Positions 35,920 to 40,715 of a stretch of DNA of 40,715 nt are shown here, one piece after another; the first letter of the stretch is position 1, and every line of letters starts with the position of its first letter. Source of the DNA: a virus. Taxonomy: Duplodnaviria > Caudoviricetes. Made by a program: the position numbers and the translations under genes. The notes beneath the pieces were generated by a model. That model made no database searches and had not been told where the DNA came from. It worked only from the letters and a program-made list of their open reading frames with translations. The stretch is taken from IMG/VR virus record IMGVR_UViG_3300036783_000172, positions 1 to 40,715 of that record; one strand, 5' to 3'.

Positions 35920-35959
35920 AGGCTATCAAAACGTCTGCGGATCGCAATACGCGGATCGC
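35920..35959 (-). promoter_or_regulatory. Leaderless sigma-70-type promoter with direct-repeat operator
   Basis: TTGCGA-16-TAGCCT-7-GTG; GCGGATCGC repeated at 35937 and 35951. Confidence 0.55.
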
Positions 35960-35967
35960 TAGATCAC

Positions 35968-36114
35968 CTACCCGAGCAGATCCCTGCGCGCGGCCCGGTA
36001 CTCAGCACTGTGTGCGCACCGGCACAGCGGCGAGCCGTCGGCCAGGGCATGCCAGAGCCAGACCGGCCACAGCGGGCTCGTCCAGCCGAGCCAGGAGGTG
36101 GTGCGGGTGGTCAT
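35968..36114 (-). CDS. 48-aa Trp-rich peptide
   Basis: MTTRTTSWLGWTSPLWPVWLWHALADGSPLCRC...; ATGA coupling; below the ORF-track size cutoff. Confidence 0.45.
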   Translation of the reverse strand: MTTRTTSWLGWTSPLWPVWLWHALADGSPLCRCAHSAEYRAARRDLLG

Positions 36115-36419
36115 CCCGGGACGTCCTCGCCGCGGATCTCGTGGACCCTGTCATCCCAGCCGGGCACGGGAGGTGGGCAGGCCTCCATGGCCATCGCCAC
36201 AGCAGGCCCGCCCATACCCTGCTCCCCGTAGCCCTGGGAGATCCTGAAGCCGAATGTGGTGCGGGCGACCTCGGTGCAGATGTCGCACAGGTCCAGCGGA
36301 TCGAACTGATCGTCGGCCACGATCTCGGTGGTTGAGGCGCGCTGGGTACGGCTCAGGTGGAGCTGGCCATGGGTGCCGTTGCATTCCCGGCTGCAGCGGT
36401 CACAGATGATCTTGCGCAT
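36111..36419 (-). CDS. Zinc-finger hypothetical protein
   Basis: CDRC...DLCDIC. Confidence 0.7.
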   Translation of the reverse strand: MRKIICDRCSRECNGTHGQLHLSRTQRASTTEIVADDQFDPLDLCDICTEVARTTFGFRISQGYGEQGMGGPAVAMAMEACPPPVPGWDDRVHEIRGEDVPG

Positions 36420-36763
36420 CAGCAGCCGGTCACGTAGTTGGTGCCGAACACGTGGACGCCGCTGTTGGTGCGCTGCGCGATGATCGCGTACGAGTTGCCC
36501 GAGAACACCGTGCTCCCCTGCAACCAGTGACCAGGGCGTCCGCCGTAGGAACGGGCCGCGTAGCCGACGTTCGCGCCGGAGATCTTGCTGACGATCGTCT
36601 CACTCGCGGAGCAGCTGATCTGCAGCGTGATGTGCTGGGTGCCGCTGGTGAAGCCCTGGCTGTGGTTCGCCGACGCCGGCAGAGCCAGCGCCAGCACGGT
36701 GCCCGCGGCGATGATGGTGCCTGCAGCTGCTGATGCAGCGATGGAACGGATGGTCTTCCTCAT
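36419..36763 (-). CDS. Small secreted protein
   Basis: Signal peptide MRKTIR...LPASA; two Cys; RBS GGGAGGG. Confidence 0.7.
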   Translation of the reverse strand: MRKTIRSIAASAAAGTIIAAGTVLALALPASANHSQGFTSGTQHITLQISCSASETIVSKISGANVGYAARSYGGRPGHWLQGSTVFSGNSYAIIAQRTNSGVHVFGTNYVTGC

Positions 36764-37296
36764 GATCGTTCCCTCCCTGAATTGAGCTGCCACATCCCCT
36801 GGTCAGGGACGGGCTCATGCCTCACGGCCTGGCCGGTCTCCAGCGCCACCACGGCCTCGCGGTCCTGGTTCTCCCAGATCATGGCCAGGTAGGCCAGGCA
36901 CTCAGCGTAGGTCGGCTTGTCGATGACCAGCAGCCTGGCCATGATGGCGCCGATCTTGAACCGGGGCTCGCCCTGGCCCATCTCGGTCATGGCGAACGCG
37001 GTCACCTCAACCTCGCGGCTCACCTGGATCCGCTTGCCCATCCCGGGCCCGCGCGGGATCCCGGCCATGATGAACTCGGGCGCGGTCGAGAGCGCAGCCC
37101 CGCTGGTGCGCGCGTCGGTGACCGCGGCAGCCAGCTGGCCGCGCAGGCTGGCGATCTCGCGGTTCAGCCTGATGATCCCAGTGTTGCGCTCAGACAGGCT
37201 GATCAGCATCTCACGAGCCTGCTGGCCTGCGAAGTCAGCCGCCACCCGGTATCTGCGCACCTCGCGCCACGGGTTCAGCCACCAGGGCAGCCTCAC
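36760..37296 (-). CDS. Hypothetical coiled-coil protein
   Basis: GTG RLPWWLNPWREVRR...; GTGA coupling. Confidence 0.65.
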   Translation of the reverse strand: MRLPWWLNPWREVRRYRVAADFAGQQAREMLISLSERNTGIIRLNREIASLRGQLAAAVTDARTSGAALSTAPEFIMAGIPRGPGMGKRIQVSREVEVTAFAMTEMGQGEPRFKIGAIMARLLVIDKPTYAECLAYLAMIWENQDREAVVALETGQAVRHEPVPDQGMWQLNSGRERS

Positions 37297-37496
37297 GTTC
37301 TCACCCCCGCCTTGCGTTCCAGCTCTTCCAGGTGCCCTGCGCCCACGATGTAGGCGATCTTCAGGCCGTTCCGGCGGATGGGCACCGCGCTGGCGCTGCC
37401 CGGCCAGCTTGCCCGCTCGATCGCGTCGGTGAGGCGCCTGCGCCAGGACTCGTCCCAGCCCTCGCTGGCCAGCTCGATGTCGCCGTAGGCCATCAT
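37293..37496 (-). CDS. Hypothetical protein
   Basis: Coupled ORF with RBS GGAGG. Confidence 0.6.
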   Translation of the reverse strand: MMAYGDIELASEGWDESWRRRLTDAIERASWPGSASAVPIRRNGLKIAYIVGAGHLEELERKAGVRT

Positions 37497-37753
37497 GGCG
37501 CCTCCCCGTCCTGCGCCGCGGCAGCTTCAGCCATCCCAGCGGCTCCGTAGGGGCACATCCAGCCATGACCGCCAACGGGCCCGCAGGCGCCGCAGATGGG
37601 GCAGACCGGTGGCTGGCAGGGGTCGCTGTGGCCACCTGGGCCGACCAGCGTGCCGGTGGTGCAGAACACGCGCGCCCGCACCTGGCCGGGCGGATGGCCG
37701 CCCTCGATCAGCGGGACGGCGACTTCCAGGATCTCGTCGCGGGTGGCGGTCAC
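37493..37753 (-). CDS. Cys-rich hypothetical protein
   Basis: CPICGAC..H...C; coupled on both sides. Confidence 0.6.
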   Translation of the reverse strand: MTATRDEILEVAVPLIEGGHPPGQVRARVFCTTGTLVGPGGHSDPCQPPVCPICGACGPVGGHGWMCPYGAAGMAEAAAAQDGEAP

Positions 37754-38019
37754 AGCGCAGCTCCCACGGCATCGTGCAGGGCCACGAACTGACGCGCCCT
37801 CCAGAATGGGAAGCGCACCACGCCGTCGGTACCTGCGGCCACGAACTCGATCATGCCGCGGCCTCCCACAGGCGCGCTGAACTTCACGCTGGTGATCTTG
37901 GACAGGGGGATTTTCCGCTCTCTGATGCCGAGCCCGGCCTGGCGGATGGTAACCGCCTGACCGTCGAAGCTGACGGTCACCTTGTGCCAGGCCAGGCCGG
38001 TGCTGGCGGACGTGATCAT
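37750..38019 (-). CDS. Bacterial PH-like domain protein (DUF4429-like)
   Basis: 'V.FDG..VTI......E..IPLS.I.SV.F..P....G.I.F'. Confidence 0.65.
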   Translation of the reverse strand: MITSASTGLAWHKVTVSFDGQAVTIRQAGLGIRERKIPLSKITSVKFSAPVGGRGMIEFVAAGTDGVVRFPFWRARQFVALHDAVGAAL

Positions 38020-38336
38020 CCTGCGGCTGCCTTCTGGACCTTCAGGAACGCCATGAACTGCTCCACCTGGTCGAGGTCTTCGTGGGTGGGCTCCTGGCCG
38101 CGCTTCGTGCAGAGCACAGCTCCCCAGCTGGCCAGCTGCCTCATCCGCTCACGAACCGGGACCAGCCATGCCAGCCACACCATCCGAATGTCGGTGGTGC
38201 AGTGCGGGCAGGTCAGCGGCTCAGCTGGCTTGATCCAGCCAGGGTCTGGTGCCGCTTCCCAGAGATCCGGGCCTACCGGAACGGGAATCAGCTGGCTGCA
38301 GCTGGGGCAGCGGATGCGCTCGGTTGTCATGGTCAT
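38016..38336 (-). CDS. Zinc-ribbon hypothetical protein
   Basis: CPSC...CPHC. Confidence 0.65.
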   Translation of the reverse strand: MTMTTERIRCPSCSQLIPVPVGPDLWEAAPDPGWIKPAEPLTCPHCTTDIRMVWLAWLVPVRERMRQLASWGAVLCTKRGQEPTHEDLDQVEQFMAFLKVQKAAAG

Positions 38337-38614
38337 CACCTCATCAGCGGCAACGCGGGCGTGAGCAGGCCGATTCCCCATAAGCCCAGCCTCCACCTGG
38401 TGACCTTGGTCGGCGGGCACTCGGAGCCGAGCACGATCCCGGCCTTCCCCAGATCCTTCAGGTAGCCGAGCATCGACTGGGCGTCCATCCCGACCATCTG
38501 CCCGGCGATCTCGGCCGCGGTCCGGCCCTCGCCCTGTGGATGCGTGCGCAGCTGGCTCAGGATGCGCTGAGCGAGGCTCGGCGGCAGCGGTACCTGCGGC
38601 TTGATCATGGTCAT
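38336..38614 (-). CDS. Winged-helix DNA-binding protein
   Basis: RILSQL...TAAEIA......YL..L...G.V......W.L. Confidence 0.7.
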   Translation of the reverse strand: MTMIKPQVPLPPSLAQRILSQLRTHPQGEGRTAAEIAGQMVGMDAQSMLGYLKDLGKAGIVLGSECPPTKVTRWRLGLWGIGLLTPALPLMR

Positions 38615-38766
38615 GTTTCCTCCCCCTTGCGCCTGCAGTGCCAGGCGTGGTCCACGTAGGCCTCATCCGGCCGGGGCATGGTCATGGTGATCGTGGCCCC
38701 GCAGGCTGGGCAGTGCCGGTGCCTGCCAGGCAGGTCATGGCGGGCGGCGTAGCAGGGCGGCTGCAC
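38611..38766 (-). CDS. Small zinc-finger protein
   Basis: Read manually: MQPPCYAARHDLPGRHRHCPACG...DHAWHCRRKGEET; coupled on both sides. Confidence 0.5.
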   Translation of the reverse strand: MQPPCYAARHDLPGRHRHCPACGATITMTMPRPDEAYVDHAWHCRRKGEET

Positions 38767-38981
38767 TACAGCACCTCCCGTGGATGCGGTGCGCCCTCGT
38801 CCTTGCCGGGCCAGTCATGCGGGTATGGCACGCCGCACCAGCAGTCGTGGAAATGGCCGAGCGCGGGCCCGCGTGTCGATAGCTCGCGGTTGTCCGGGCT
38901 GATTCTGCGGCGCTGCCGCGCCTGCGGGCTGGCATCGTCGCTTCGGTCGTAGGCGTCCAGCCCCGGCAGATGGCCTGGCAT
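38766..38981 (-). CDS. Hypothetical protein
   Basis: HDCWCG...HDWPGK; coupled. Confidence 0.55.
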   Translation of the reverse strand: MPGHLPGLDAYDRSDDASPQARQRRRISPDNRELSTRGPALGHFHDCWCGVPYPHDWPGKDEGAPHPREVL

Positions 38982-39250
38982 CACAGCACCCGCCCGTCTC
39001 TGGTGATCATGAACGCGCCGTGGATGATGCACAGCGCATGGCCGGGCGGGGTCTGCGCGTCCACCCGGGTCCAGGCGGGCTTGCAGCTGCAGAACAGCCA
39101 GGTGTTGGCGATGGCGGTCTCACGCTCGTGGATCTCCAGCCAGGTCACCAGATCACGGTAGGCCTTGACCGCCTTCTCCTGCTTGGGGTCCGTATGGGCC
39201 CGCTGGCTGAACATGGCGGCCAGCATGTCATCAGGCTGGCTCATGGTCAT
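38981..39250 (-). CDS. Hypothetical protein
   Basis: RBS GGGAG; CSC...CIIHG. Confidence 0.65.
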   Translation of the reverse strand: MTMSQPDDMLAAMFSQRAHTDPKQEKAVKAYRDLVTWLEIHERETAIANTWLFCSCKPAWTRVDAQTPPGHALCIIHGAFMITRDGRVL

Positions 39251-39278
39251 CTCCCTGGTCTGCCTGCGTCTGTGCCTG

Positions 39279-39308
39279 AGTCTACCCACGTGCCCCTGGC
39301 CGGGTCAG
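39279..39308 (-). promoter_or_regulatory. Promoter candidate
   Basis: CTGACC-18-TAGACT upstream of 39250. Confidence 0.5.
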
Positions 39309-39357
39309 CCGGAAGGCAGGAGCCCGATCCTGTGAGCCCAGCCTCCCCGGCCAGGGG
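39293..39357. repeat. 12-bp inverted repeat (terminator or operator)
   Basis: CCCCTGGCCGGG / CCCGGCCAGGGG with a 41-nt loop. Confidence 0.7.
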
Positions 39358-39393
39358 GCCTAACCGCCAGTGTCGGCGAGGTCGCTCACTGCG

Positions 39394-39588
39394 TCAACGC
39401 TCTAGCTCTTCGCGCAGCTCAGCAGCGCACCACTCCAGGGCGCTGGCATCATCCGCCATCCCTGGCTGTCTGGCGCGCTTCTCCCACAGATCCGCCAGCT
39501 GGGCCATGCGCTCAGCCAGCGGCAGCGGCTCGTCTTCCACGCGCACCATGGCCGCCTTCTGCGCGCCGATCCGGCTGCGGTCAGCCAT
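39394..39588 (-). CDS. Hypothetical protein
   Basis: MADRSRIG...LA..W......CA.EL. Confidence 0.6.
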   Translation of the reverse strand: MADRSRIGAQKAAMVRVEDEPLPLAERMAQLADLWEKRARQPGMADDASALEWCAAELREELER

Positions 39589-40540
39589 CGCCATCACCAG
39601 TGGGCTGCGCCGCGTCCCACCACTGCTCGAAGCCGCCGGCCAGGGTGACCGGGCCCTGATGGGCCAGCCAGCCGTTGCGCTCGGCGATCTCATGGGCGAG
39701 GTTCTGCGGGAGGGATGGCTCATCGACCAGCACTTCGCTGCTGGCCAGCTGGGCTGCTGACGTCTGCTCGATCAGCACCTGCGCCGCAGCCGGGTTGCTG
39801 ACCGCCAGCATCTGCAGGACCAGCCCGGCCTGGGCCTGCAGCTGGTCCACCGCGCGCATCAGGTAGGTGATCATCTGGCCCATGACCATGGTGTCCCGGG
39901 CGCTGTCGCCGGCGTGCTCGGCGAGGTCGTCAGCCATGGCCAGGTCACCCGTGCGCATCTGGGCGACGTCACCAGGCGCGTCATGGCCAGCCAGCGGGAT
40001 CTCCAGCTGCTCACCATCAGCAGGCGGGCTGGGCTGCTCGCCAGCGGGTGCCTGGCCGGCCTCGCGGTAGGCGATGGTGGCGGCCTCAACGGCCTCGGCC
40101 AGCCCGTTCTGCCAGGCGGTCTCCTGGCTGCCGTGCTCGCTCAGGAACTTGCCGATGGAGACCGGGGAGCTGAGCCGCGGACGGCTGTCACCAGCGAACG
40201 AGTCCCATGCCCGGGCCAGCCATCCGATGGGGTCAGACTGCGGCCTGGAGCCCTGAAGGGCCAGCCAGCTTGCAAACGTGCCTCGTTGCGTTGCCATGAT
40301 CATCTCCTGTTTCTGGTTCCTGATTGCCGATCTTACGTCTGGATTCCGCCAGCAGGTGGGGCACAGCCAGGCCACGCTGTCCAGCGGCATCTTGTAGTCC
40401 AGGAAGAGCCACTTCAGGCCCCCCGGCTGCGAGCACCATCCACAAGCCTCCGGCCGGTCCAGCTTTCCCTGCTTCGCCAGCTGGAACATCCTGCGATGTG
40501 CAGCCTGTGTTCTCTGCAGATCCTCGATCGCCATGGTCAT
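39581..40540 (-). CDS. Degenerate HNH-like zinc finger fused to a YozE-like helical domain
   Basis: CGWC...DYKMPLDSVAWLCPTC; TFASWL..Q....DPIGWLA; RBS AGGAGG. Confidence 0.65.
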   Translation of the reverse strand: MTMAIEDLQRTQAAHRRMFQLAKQGKLDRPEACGWCSQPGGLKWLFLDYKMPLDSVAWLCPTCWRNPDVRSAIRNQKQEMIMATQRGTFASWLALQGSRPQSDPIGWLARAWDSFAGDSRPRLSSPVSIGKFLSEHGSQETAWQNGLAEAVEAATIAYREAGQAPAGEQPSPPADGEQLEIPLAGHDAPGDVAQMRTGDLAMADDLAEHAGDSARDTMVMGQMITYLMRAVDQLQAQAGLVLQMLAVSNPAAAQVLIEQTSAAQLASSEVLVDEPSLPQNLAHEIAERNGWLAHQGPVTLAGGFEQWWDAAQPTGDGDG

Positions 40541-40559
40541 CCTCCTGGTCTGATCCTGA

Positions 40560-40681
40560 TCCTAGCAGCCAGCTAGGACGTTTACACATTTTGCAGTTTT
40601 GACCCCATCCCCTCATCTCTATCTCTTCTCTCTCTCTCTCTACGTACTCAAGAGGGGGGAGCAAAAATGTAAAAGTGTAAA
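40560..40681. other. AT-rich inverted-repeat element, origin-like
   Basis: TTTACACATTTTGCAGTTTT / AAAAATGTAAAAGTGTAAA arms around a (CT)n tract; adjacent TCCTAGC/GCTAGGA hairpin. Confidence 0.5.
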
Positions 40682-40715
40682 GAGACCAGCCATCCTGGCC
40701 TGGATCCAGCTATCC

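Noticed and set aside
39285-39390. Possible tRNA/ncRNA in the structured intergenic gap
   Set aside because: No T-loop (TTCGA) or cloverleaf; better explained as an inverted repeat plus promoter
40233-40664. 143-aa ORF spanning the AT-rich element
   Set aside because: Translation of the (GA)n tract, out of frame with the RBS-supported gene starting at 40540

Overview
About 40.7 kb of a very GC-rich (~70%) tailed-phage genome or prophage, most likely an actinobacterial siphovirus. Essentially all real genes are on the minus strand, so transcription runs right to left. Order: an AT-rich ori-like element; about 17 small accessory genes; a secreted LysM-Rpf transglycosylase, a secreted NlpC/P60 enzyme and a papain-like peptidase; TerS, TerL, a Mu gp29/DUF935-type portal and a short MuF; an ~8.7 kb accessory insert; a Mu gpI-like protease/scaffold, cement and major capsid; head-tail joining genes (interrupted by an antisense HNH gene); major tail, frameshifted tail chaperones, a tape measure with NlpC/P60 and SLT domains; and minor tail genes. 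The most striking feature is the MuF-to-protease insert. Four otherwise unrelated proteins there, two of them apparent polyproteins, share a repeated tag, [IVL]-E-[LF]-[AS] followed by W-x-H-E-x-R-x(2-3)-G-[EK]-W. The tag is attached to a glycosylase-like domain, a zincin protease with an inserted winged helix, and basic or His-rich mini-modules. I infer a protease-processed, tag-addressed head-cargo (injected effector) system. All product calls come from motif recognition by eye; no database searches were run.
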